From NCBI GenBank assembly GCA_964035545.1, contig CAXIUT010000258.1:1-25861 (forward strand): a stretch of DNA of 25,861 nucleotides, read 5' to 3'. Below are positions 12,046 through 23,606 of the stretch, in pieces. Numbering within the stretch: the stretch's first letter is position 1; each line of letters begins with the position of its first letter. A model generated the notes under the pieces. The model saw only the letters and a program-made list of their open reading frames with translations, was not told the origin of the DNA and made no database searches. Source of the DNA: Bugula neritina (lineage: Eukaryota > Animalia > Bryozoa). Position numbers and translations under genes: made by a program.

Positions 12046-13266
12046 ATGATCTCTTTATTTCTTCGTAAAATAAATGGCAAAGGCGATCTCATACACATCT
12101 CGCCGTTACTAACAGTACAACAACTGCTATAAACTATCGATTCTACCCTCAAAATAGCAAAAAACACAGAATAAAATAACAACTAAAACATAATCTAATC
12201 ATATTTCAAAGGATAACTTCTTTTACCCTCATCAACTTCCATCCAAGAACTATAGATATCAAATAATAGCATCATACATATAGTATAAAAACCTTCAAAT
12301 TCGAATCGATAACAACCAGTTCACCTGAAATTAATATTAGAATAAAAACTGTTCGAATATTAGATAGCACCTAGATAATCTATAGGATATTTGAAATAAA
12401 TTATCTGTGATGATCTTAAAATCATTGATAGAAATCAACTGACATTATCTTTCTTGGGATTAGAATTAGATTGCTAAACAACTGTACAATCTTATCATTT
12501 TGGGGAAGAAGTACTCATATCAGCATCTTTGAAGGAATCGCAAAAGATTGATCATTAGATGCTTCAAACTCCACATTCTAGGTAAAGTTTGTCATAGAGT
12601 GGGTCAGGTAAATTCAGCAAAAGTTCTAAATAAAAATAATAATAATTTATACAACCTACTATTCACATCTAACAATAGAAAATAGAAAATCAACCAAAAA
12701 CATTATTTTCAAATATGCATCTAAAAAAGGTATAATCAAGCAACGATCTCTAAGTATAATTATAATAACCACAATAACAAACATAATAAACAAAACCCAG
12801 ACCAAAGTTGACTCTCAACTCCTTGATGAATCCTCTCGAAGGAGGTCATAAAATAATATAGACATAGAGTATAGTTGACGACTAATAAGAAACAGTTATG
12901 AATAGTTGTACGTTATAATTGATAAGAAAAGATGGAAAACACTAATTTTCAATATACTGTAATAAATAACATAGTTTTGATTAGGTTATTGAAAAATTAG
13001 CAATTTTGTAAAAAGTTGATTAAAAAAGAATTAAATTGATGGTTTAGTTCAATTAGTCAGCACGCTCAGGTATAGCAAAGAAATCAAATAAATAAATAGA
13101 TTGTTCTAGTCCTATGTCAGCCAATCCAAGAAAACCACATAGTTCTGGATTATTAACACAAGGTTTTCCTTAAACTTGGAATTGCTACAAGATGTCAGTC
13201 CTTGACTACGTCCAAAAGACAAAGAAAAGTATATTGACTATCGAATACGATATTGAACCTTTCTGA
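12046..13266 (+). CDS. 406 aa protein with two N-terminal ubiquitin-like domains and a probable third C-terminal one
   Basis: Open 1221 nt. UBL-like patterns LTVQQLLETI...YFKGELL...SIQELEISNNSIIHIV and ESIGYLKEIICDDLKI...QLTLSFLGLELDCETTVQSY; acidic linker. Confidence 0.75.
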
Positions 13267-13365
13267 TTTTGTTTAATTATTTTAATAAAAGAGATTATTT
13301 ATAGTATTTATCAGATATTATCAAAGAATAACTCAATTATTTAGTAATTCTTGCTATAATATTTG

Positions 13366-14876
13366 ATGATCAACTAATCACTCAACTAAAACGATTGGCA
13401 GTCGTATCAAGAATTGACTATTGACCTGGAATTTGTACTTAAACATGATTTACTGTCGTATAGTAAGGAATAAATGCATTTTGTTGTATTTGCTTTACAA
13501 ATGGGAAATAAAATTCCTTCGAAGGAGTCTATGAAGAGGTCAGAAAAAAGAAATCAAATCAAAATTTAAGCTAATAATAAAAAAGAGAAAAATAATGATT
13601 AGAGAAATGTAGTTGCTAGAGTCGGATAGAGTTAGACTAGAAATAAGTTTATAGTGCCGAAGAAATATGGACAAAAACCTATTTTGGCAAAAAGAAAAAG
13701 GAAAGTTGTTAGAGGTAGAGGAAGGGGAAGGGGAAGAGGAGGTAGATATGATAGAAGAGATAGGTATAGATATGACGATAGAAGAGATTATAGAAGAGAT
13801 GATAGAAGAGATGATAGAAGAGGTTATAGAGATGATGATCGAAGAGATGATATAAGAGGTTATAGAGAGAATGATAGAAGAGATGATAGAGGAATAAATA
13901 GAGAAGATGCTACATCGATCAGACCTCAAACTAACATTTTTTTGCCTCAATTTCAACATAATAACATTTTTGGTCAAACCTACACATCTCCGACATCTTT
14001 TCCTCCTTCAATTCAATCAATGGTATTCTCTAGTTATCCACCTCTTCAATCTCAAATCCCAACCAATATTTCTCAACTTCCTCTTCAACTACAACAACAA
14101 ATTCCAATGATTCAACCAATTACTACTCCTGTTCCTCTTCACCCAGGATTCGCCTTAAACTACTTAGTCGGTCCTTAAGTTGTAAATAAAGCCTAGGCTC
14201 CTGAAGGATTGATCAAATCAACAAAAATCTAACAATAAAAATAACTATAAGTGAAATTATAAAACTTGCCTAAAGAAATAATCACAAAAAAGAAGCAAAA
14301 TCAATCTAAAAAGTAAAGGATTAATTCTATTATGATAAGATCACCTTCATGGAATGAGTTAAAAAGTAAAAGACAAGAATATAAGACAAATTTAACATTT
14401 TCGTAGATTAAAATAAAAATAGGAATAACTATAAAGACAAAAACCAAGATCTTTCAGACCCTATAGAAATAATACAAAATAAAAAAGATATCCTGAATAT
14501 TTCAGAAAAAAGAAATAATGCCAAAAAAGAAGAAGAAATTAAAAATATTAGTTAATCAAAAAACACAGAAGACAACTTGAACAAAATATTTGGGAATGCT
14601 ATCTATCAGAAAGGATGGCCAGTTAGTCGATAATAAATCAAATTGGTTCTTGGAATTAAATAAGAGGATAAGCAGGTTAATTAGTTAGGAGAATTCATGG
14701 AATTGGCTTAAAGAGAGGGAAATATCTTAGAATAAAAAGAAAAAGTTTTATCATAGACAATCGACTCAACTCGAAGCAATATTCTAGAAAATAATATCCA
14801 ACCATAAACAAAAACAAAAATACCAATGATATAAACAAAAGTTCCATCACAGAGAGAGACGGCCTAAGATTGGTGA
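13366..14876 (+). CDS. ~496 aa RG/RD-repeat and Q/P-rich protein of unknown family (paralog P1)
   Basis: ATG 13366, 20-nt intron 14403-14422, TGA 14874-14876 (1491 nt spliced). Contains RGRGRG, DRRD repeats and a Q/P-rich tract. Shares several blocks with the next gene. Exact 3' end is less certain. Confidence 0.8.
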
Positions 14877-15089
14877 GGAAGGAGGAGTTCAGCATTTGAA
14901 AAGGCATGCTGATTGATTTTTTTATATCTACTACCAGCCTTTTCAATCATAAATAACACAAAATTAACAAAGATAAATATTTATATAAAATATGATAAGT
15001 ATTATAACAAGAGATCTTTCATGGAAATGATCAGAACAAGAATAAAAACATTTATAAATCTAATTTTATTATAAAAAATCCTATAATCT

Positions 15090-16169
15090 ATGTTAGCTTA
15101 AGAAGAAGAATAAACCACCTTTACTGAATTAGAACCTCAACAAACCTATAAACTACGCATAGACATGATCAAAAATATCAACCTCAACCTCTATCCTCCC
15201 AATAGACTACGTTATCTCATCTTTGCCTTACAACATGGATTGAAACCTCCAACTGTGGCCTCTATGGATCGTTCAGAAAAAGAAATTAAAAGAAATCTGG
15301 AGCAGATAAAGCTGCAAAAGTGATCAAAAGACCCATCAATGTCCGTGGTGCTCGTGCTTTGATCCCAAGTGCTCCTCAAAGACGTATTAGACCTCCATTT
15401 TTGATACCCAGTAAATTTGGATCTCCCCCTCTCAAAATGCCTGTTGTTAGACGTCGAGGTCCTAAAATAACCTATTCAAAACAACCAGCTTACCGAAAAG
15501 GACGTGTTTTTCCTCCCAGAAAACCCATTGGTCTTCCTTCCTAGGTAGTCGCAAAAACGAGAGGAAATAGAGTACCAAAAGTAAGAAAAGATGTTTTCAT
15601 TGTTAGAACACCTTAAGAAATAGCTTTAAAAGCAGAACGCTAGAGATTTAGATAGGAAGTATAAAAATATAGAAAGAAAAGTTTCAACCAGCCAGAACCA
15701 AATAAAAAAGGAGTGCCTCACTATTTCTAAAAGAAAAAAGCTAGTCAACAGCGTAGACGCAAAGAAAAACATTAACTCATCAAAAGTAATCGAAAGGCTT
15801 TGGTTTAGATCTTTGGAGATGCAATTTTTAAGAGAGGATGGCCAATTAGTAGGGCAGAGATAAAGTTGGCTCTCGGTGTAAAGGAAGAAGATCATGGAAA
15901 GTAAAACTACCTTTCTGAATTTCTGGCAATGGCTGAAAATAAAAGCGATTTTAAGGTTAACAATCATCTTCAGCCTCAACCTGGATAAGTAAGTCGAATG
16001 GTAAGGAAAGGACCTAGTTCAAGGATAGAAGGAAGTCGATATATCAAAATTCGATCCATCCAAACGAGTCTACTTGAAGCCTTCAAGCGAACCATAGTAC
16101 AAAGTAGACTAAGACGACTTTCCATCTCTTATGGAAAGTCAATCAAACAAAAAAGGAAACAAAAAATGA
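15090..16169 (+). CDS. Arg/Pro-rich paralog of P1 (P2), with an apparent 1-nt deletion
   Basis: Shares FALQxG..P...SM.RSEK, F(L/I)xPxK(F/Y)G and IFGxAI..xGWP(I/V)SRxEIKLxLGxKEED with P1. Needs a -1 correction at the A5 run 15277-15281 (A6 in P1). The preferred C-terminus (YKVDEDDFPSL...TGA 16167-16169) needs a +1 shift, e.g. a 22-nt intron at 15989-16010. Confidence 0.72.
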
Positions 16170-16339
16170 ATATTTGATCTCTCTTAACAAAATTTCAATC
16201 TTTTCTTATTGAATAACATCTAATAAGATAATCTTCATCATCAAAATTATTTTAATAACATATCATAAAAAAGAGTCAATATCTATTTGATTTAATTCTC
16301 ATAAAGTTACTAAAAGCCCGTTTAATAATAAATAACATC

Positions 16340-18493
16340 ATGGGAGTTCATAAACTATGGTAGTTACTTCTGACAATAGCCCAACCCGTCTCAATCTAAA
16401 CTCTATCTAATAAGGTACTAGCAATAGACGCCTCAATTTGGATAATGAAAATGTAGACAATATTTACAACAAATTCATAAAAACTAAGATCAATACTAAA
16501 CAAAATAATAATGCTAAAAAGACATAATATTTTACCAATATTCGTTTTTGATGGCACCCCGCCCCTCCTCAAACGACATACTCTCGCCTAAAGAAACAAA
16601 AAAAAATTAGTAGCAAATGAAGTCTAAGCCAGAAAGAAATCATAAATATAAATAGTTAGAATGATCTAAGGCGACAACACCCGCAAAAGCGAACGATAAC
16701 GCCGAATACTCTAAAACTAATCTGAATTGGACACAATAAACACCCAATTATAAAACCTCTAAAAAACAATAAAACAAAACCAAGAAGACCTCCCCACCGA
16801 ACTCCTATAAAAAATATCAATGCAAAGTGAAATCCTCAACACAAAATACAAACTAATGCTCGATCTCACCCATAATACCTAAAATATCCCTACTTCATAC
16901 CCATAGATGAATATTCATAACTAGATCTCGATCTCAAGGTGTAGTATTTGGATTAGCTGCAGTAGTATAAATGGAAACATATCAAGAAGAAAAGAAAAGT
17001 TGGATTGACACAGTAATAAAAAATAAAAAATGATATTTAGATTATTTAGAAGAAAAGTATTATCAGGGATATGCAGGATAATTTATTTCGAAAGATGATG
17101 CAAAAAAATATCAAAATATAAAATGGATTTTAAATTATAGAAACTATCTATAATGGAAAACCAATAATTCAAAAAGAAAAGTACAGTAAAAAAACAATAA
17201 AGGATATCATTTCGCAGGAGGAATGAGAAAATAAAAAATGATCAATGATTTTGGTAAAATCAACTTCCAGTAATAAAAAGATAGTCAATCCTAGGAAGAT
17301 CTAGATCCATTTGTTTCATCTTTTTGCGATCATTCGCTTAAAAATAGCACGAAATCATCTAGTATATCATCGAATGTTAAAATATAGTAGAAAAATTAGT
17401 GGTACAGAGAAGGGCATAAAAGAAATCAACCTAAGATAGTAAAATAGAATAAAAAACATAAAAAAAATTATAATTCTGATTAAAATAAATCATAATCATA
17501 ACCCTATATTCCCTTCAGATAATATACCAACAAAAATGAACCTCAACCTAAAACTTTGTCAACAAATAATAACTCAACCTAAAATATTCTAACAGCCAAC
17601 CACAAGAACCACTAAATCGAGACAACTTACCTTCATTTTCATCATCCGATCCTCAAAACTATCTCAACTCCTCCTCCGACAACCTCTAACTCCAAAATCT
17701 ATTTACCATCTTAGGCATTCCCTTTCTCATAGCTCCAGGTGAAGCATAGGCTGAATGCGCATCCCTATAATAGCAAGGAATAGTAGATGGAATAATAACA
17801 TAAGATTCTGATGTTTTTTTATTTGGTGCTAAAAATGTCTACAGAGGAGTATTCAATCAAAATATCAGATATTATTCTTATGAGAAAATGATAAGAAAAC
17901 TTAAACTAAATCGATAAAAACTTATCATCTTTGCATAACTACTCGGATCTGACTACACCTAAGGTATCAAAGGCATAGGAGTAGTAAATGCTATGTAGAT
18001 ATTGAAAGTTTTTAACACATTTTAGAAATTATAATAATTCAAAAAATGGGCATAACATCCTGATTTATTACTACCCTAAAACTAAACAACAACAGCTATA
18101 TTAGCCAGTAAATCAGCATAATAAAAATAATTTTTCAATCTCCACCAAAAATACAAAAACTACTGGTACATACATCCAACTTTCGGCAACGATACCATCC
18201 ACAAAGCCTACCTAAAACCAAACACAGTAAATCCCTAACAAATAAAATCAATGAAATCTAAAGGCACTTTTTCCCAGAAATAAATAAAAATAGATCTATT
18301 AGATAAAATTCTCAAATAAAAACTAGAGATGAATCAATAGTAATATGATCATTATCATAAGTTGTTATTGATTCAGTATGATAACAAACGTAATAATACT
18401 TTATTGAACTATTTTAGAAGAGATGAGGAGGCGGAATTGGCCAAAATACGAAGCAAAAGGTTGCAAAAATCAATATAAACAGGACAACCATGA
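16340..18493 (+). CDS. RAD2: XPG/RAD2-family 5' structure-specific endonuclease
   Basis: N domain MGVHKLW...LAIDASIW...PIFVFDGTPPLLKRHTL; I domain LGIPFLIAPGEAEAECA...ITEDSDVFLFGAKNVYR; H3TH LLGSDYTEGIKGIGVVNAMEIL; C-terminal SKRL. The spacer between N and I domains has three -1 frame breaks (see findings). Confidence 0.93.
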
Positions 18494-18542
18494 TTAGAAT
18501 AAATATAAGATGTTAGGAATAGTTATAAATATAATTTATAAA

Positions 18543-19478
18543 ATGAACGCACAATTTTTATTATACAAACATATCAGAAAATAAACCCCTTACGAGAAAT
18601 ACATCAAGGAAAAACAATAGATCTAAAAGAAAAAAGAACGAGTTAAATTTTTTGATTAGATTTTAACTTTCAACCAATCCAGATATCCCCAAGAACTAAT
18701 GTAACAACTAAACAAATAAATAAATCCATTCTAGCTATCAATAGATAAATTAAAATAAGTCTACAATTCAAAATTTCCACAATACTCCAACGACCTAGTC
18801 CACTAGGCAGTATAATACGTCTTCAAAAGAAAATGCTAGCAATCCTAAACAATAAAGCAAAGCGCAATGGTAATCTAGGACGGAGATGAGACTATAAGAA
18901 ATGGAAGGAAGTTAGTAAAATAAGATTTCAGCTATTTTTTCAAGAAATTAGATGTAGATAAAAAAGATCATTCCACAAGTATGCGATAAACCTTTCGATA
19001 AGCAATAAAATAAAATTCTATATAGATATCGCCTACATCCAAAATGTACTAAGACATCCAGATGAAAACCTAGAGATTTAATCGGATGTTAATGGATGCA
19101 ATAAACGACTAAAAAAATAAATTTTAAAATATACAACTCATATAATAAGGCAACCCCAAAGATTCACTGTATTATAAAGAACCCAGCAAAGATACCGACT
19201 CATTTCCGTATTTTAGATAAACCGATCTGATTGTCAAACCTTAAGGCGGGTTGTAGACGGGAAGGACGGAGATATAAGAATTGAATTATTTGTTGGGAGC
19301 TTTGACTAAGAGATAAGATTAGGAACTTGGGTCTGTTACTGGTCGGTCAAGAGGGTCGAGCTATGCTGTCAAAATCAATAAAGAAGTTATGGATAATTTG
19401 TATAATGCCAGAGGGAAGTTGAAATTGAATTTGGTTAAAAGAGTAGTAGACAAATTCAAAAGAGAGAAAAGTCTTTGA
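18543..19478 (+). CDS. 311 aa hypothetical protein
   Basis: Open 936 nt ATG-to-TGA with TAR=Glu, flanked by short AT-rich spacers; no motif recognised. Confidence 0.75.
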
Positions 19479-19568
19479 TTGTTTATATTAGAGTAATAGA
19501 TAAGTTAGAGATAGGTATTTCTAATAACTCATATACTAAACTAATAATAGAATATTCGTTAACTCTTG

Positions 19569-21302
19569 ATGCCAGGTCGTTCAGCCCACCTATCCCCCCT
19601 CCAACCTGACAACTCCAGCCTGCTGCACCTCCCCACCGAACCCCAAACAACCCAAATCTACCACTTCTGTCATTGCTTCCAAACCCACCAGCACAACTTC
19701 ATAACTCATGCTCTCGAATGGTCATCAAAATGCAGATTATCATAGCTAGTATTAGTAAACCAACCCGAAGTGCTAAATTAGGTCATAAACTAGATCTACT
19801 AAAGGAAGTATGTGGTATTAGACTGTGTTAGTGAATACAACATGAACTATAAGGGATTTATCAGTTTGTTTCTGATAGGATTCAATGATAAAGGATATCT
19901 AGTTGATTCGATACAATTACATAGATAGCTGCATCATTTGAAAATGGTTTTATAGGATTCGAATATAGTTAAATTCGTGTATCGGATGTTCGATTTCATA
20001 AACGATATCAAACGAGAATACAAAGCCTTCGGATCAAATTATTTTGATTTATAGATGCTATAAAAACGACTACACCCCTCAAAAACAATAAACAAAACAA
20101 TCAACCAATCCGGATAGAGACCAATCCAACAATAAATAATCTAATAGCTACAATATAAATACAACTCATTGATAAAATATCTATCACAGCTAAAATATCT
20201 ACTAGAATTATAATAAAAACAATAATATTCAACTTACTGCTATTCCAACCACTACTAACTACTACTGAAAGAATACCAACATAAAATATATAATTTGGAG
20301 GAATAACAAAAACAATATTAATATTTATTGAATTAGTAAATAGTCAAAATCAAATAATAAAAATAAAATTGTATTGATCCTAATTACCAATATCAGATAT
20401 CATATCTTTATCCTTAGAGTGAGAGATAAAAAAATCTATGCGGAATGTTGCTGGGCTGGCGCTAACACATGGCCAAAATATGGGATGTTCGACCTTCCAG
20501 CATAGTCAAATACCAACAACTGCTATCCATTGCAATCGATCGACCAAATTCAATCCTATAAATGCAAAAGTTACTAGGCGATGCCGTAAACACACTAAAT
20601 ATCATCCCAAAAATACTATAAATAATAAATTTATAATCATAGTTATACTAGAATAGCCAGCATTAGCTAAACGTCAGATCGAAGAAGATCAAATAGAGAA
20701 ATATCCGACATCTTCTAAAAGATTTAAAATGGGATAGCAAATAAGAATGGCTCAATAGAAAAAATGACTAAAGTATCAAATTATACAAAGAAATAGTATC
20801 AGTAGTGGAGCTAGACAGTTCAATTGTAGATTAGTTTACATAGGGAATGAAAGATGGTATAGTTGGTAGTAAAGATATGAACAGATTTATTAAATATGCA
20901 TAATACTTCAGAAATAAAAATCATAAAAAATTGCAATAGTTTCATAATAACCTACCACCTTTAGCATCATATAAAGAAGAATCAGAGTGGTCAGAGTAAG
21001 ATGATGATGATTTTTTGGTGACAACTTTCAAATCATAAACTTCTATCTTTGATTCTTCAGAGAAGTTGTAAAAACAAGAAATTAGAACTTCTCCCACTCT
21101 CAGATGCGGAACTTCCATCACCTGCATCGGAGAGGGGTAGAATAAAATCAATTTGCCTTAAAATATATAATAAATATACTTGAAGGCTGCCTCTGTGAAG
21201 AAGGGGTATCAGAAAGTGCAGAAGAAGAGTAAGAAGGAGTTGAAGGAGGAAGATGAGTTCGTACCGACATGGTAGTAAATAAAGTTACTACTAGATGTAT
21301 GA
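19569..21302 (+). CDS. RRP6/EXOSC10-like exonuclease-fold plus HRDC protein, catalytically degenerate, 577 aa
   Basis: Open 1734 nt. YKGFISL...YLVDSIQL...HLKMVLEDSNIVKFVY...NYFDL parallels the RRP6 exo domain; LLGWREHMAKIWDVRPSSIV...LLSIAIDRP parallels HRDC. Confidence 0.82.
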
Positions 21303-21385
21303 ACTGATTGATAATGGTATTATTTCAATAACAAAAATATTCATTTAAACTTTTTTATTATTATTTAAATTAATTTCAACTAGAA

Positions 21386-21895
21386 ATGCTTGGAGTCCTT
21401 ATCGGCGCAATATCAGCAATATCTTTATTGGTATTTATGCAACATGATCCCTAAGCAGTCAAAAAGAAGAAACAATAGCAGAAATAGCTCTAAAAAGAAC
21501 GTCAGAAAGAGATGTAAAAAGCAATGCAAGAACAACATAAAAAAATGAACTAGCCAGCCTAGATCTAACGCAGATAGAAGCGACAAGGATAGCTAAAATA
21601 GAAGATGTTTAAAGGACTAAGCGAATAATAACGTAAATTGATAAGCGAATACGTAAACGAGAAGAAAGGATAAGGCAAAAACGAATAACAAATAATGAAA
21701 TAAGCCGGCACAAAAGCATTTCTTTTTATTTGCTGTCTAATGTTCATAGTCATATTTTGTCTATTTGCTATTTTCATCGTTTTGGGTGGAAATTAACAAG
21801 CAGTAGTCGATGCTTTTGCTTCATTGAAAGAATCGGGCTAACAATTATTGTTATTCAACTTTCCGAGGTTTAATAGCACAAATGGATAGCTATGA
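21386..21895 (+). CDS. 169 aa membrane protein (N-terminal hydrophobic segment, charged helix, second TM)
   Basis: MLGVLIGAISAISLLVFM..., KE-rich helix, AFLFICCLMFIVIFCLFAIFIVLGG, ends NGEL-TGA. Confidence 0.8.
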
Positions 21896-21924
21896 TAGAA
21901 TGGATTATTATTTATGTATTTGAA

Positions 21925-22641
21925 ATGAATAAAACTATAAATAAACAAAGAAGCGTATCTATTAAAACCATCGCATTAGAACGATCAGAATATGCTGGTG
22001 GTAAGTTATTCAGAAAACCAAAAAAAGTTATCAAACGATTCAGAAATATATCAAGAGAAATAGTATTCAATACAGTGATCAAAGATGAAATGATAAATTA
22101 CTAGAAAAAACGTCAATAAATAAAACAATCAAAAACCGATAGAACTCAACATGATAGCAATCATACAAAAAGCAATATATTTGATGATTACCATTTCATA
22201 AGAAAATAATAAAATGTGATAAGTTTACCAATAACTACAAGGATAATTCCAAAAGACAACTAATAAATAAAACTAAATTTAAAATAAATCAATAAAATAA
22301 AATCAAATCTGTCTGCAAAAAAAGTAACCCTCACTCCTTCTTCTTTCATTTTACCATAAAATCAATAATCACAAAAATCAACATCAAAAAAGAAATCCAA
22401 TAAGAAAACTATCCCTCTTAAACAATTCAAGAGCTAATTCGTAGCAGTGTAGATGCCTGATCCTAATTTTAGAACAATAGATACTAAGAAAATACTACTA
22501 TTCAAACAAAATAAAAAACAAACTCCATTCAGCCAATCCTCGCATAATTTGTTATACCACCCGCATCATAAAACTTTCTACACCAGCAAATCCAACATCA
22601 AATCTTTCTATCAAACCGCTCAGAATTTCAGATAAATATGA
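21925..22641 (+). CDS. 238 aa basic hypothetical protein
   Basis: Supplied ORFs 21892 and 22453 join into one frame when TAR is read through; TGA 22639-22641. Confidence 0.7.
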
Positions 22642-22697
22642 ATACAAACAATTGATATCATATATAGTTATTATTTTATATTATTAATAAAGAATAG

Positions 22698-23540
22698 ATG
22701 TAGGAGGAGATGTTTTAGGAGATGCAGACTTATTCAATTATTTGCAAGAGTCAAGAATTGGCATTAACTGTCAATTCAGTCAATGGGAAGTTGGCTATAT
22801 CAGGATAACCTTTTCATCCGCAAAATATTAGTCAACTATTCTTCATCAATAAAATAAACAATAAATTATATCAAATTATTCATCTTAATTCCAATGCACT
22901 TCTAACAGCCAGTTTTCAATAAGTCAGCTTTCAACCTCAACAATCAAACCAAACAATATCAATCATAAAATCACCATACAACTAACTTAATAACTACTAT
23001 TGGCTAAAATTATAACAATAAAATAAAGCATTAACACTAGATGGTTCTCTACGCATCAGCACCTTCAGATCATCTCTTGATACTCAATTATTTAGAATGG
23101 CAGCTGTTAATGGTAACAATTTGTTCAAACAGACTTGCATACTCATCAACAAGTTTTCAAACAAAGTTTTAGAAGTAGCAATAGATACTTATAAATAAGG
23201 GAGTAGACCAATTCACAATAAGATGACAAAAAGGTTCAACCAAAGATGGCTATGGGTACACCACTAACAATCAATAATCATCCAAAATATGCTAACTAAA
23301 TTGCAAATAACTGTCAATACCTAAAACAATCAATTATAACTCGCTAATAAAGGTATAGGAATCAATCATCTCTGGCTACCGTAAAGAATATCGAATAATG
23401 TGTATAGAATTCGATCCAAATTGAAAACTAATTTATATCTTGGAGTATCCGGCTAGTAGATTGTGGAATAAGCACCTGTTATTCTTATTAGTTCGTAAAA
23501 AAATAATAGTTTATGGATGGTGTAAGGTGCTCTTCCTTGA
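22698..23540 (+). CDS. Ricin-B / beta-trefoil lectin-like protein, 280 aa, no signal peptide
   Basis: QxW-type repeats (SQLFFI, TQLFRM, NQRWLW, NHLWLP, NSLWMV) and LINKFSNKVLEV. Confidence 0.75.
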
Positions 23541-23606
23541 TATTTATTGTATTTATAGTATTTATAGTATTTTAGTTATAGATCGTATTTAAAGGGACTA
23601 GATTTA

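Noticed and set aside
13745-13900. GATAGAAGAGAT-type repeats as CRISPR array or satellite
   Set aside because: No repeat-spacer structure; they are in-frame DRRD coding repeats of P1.
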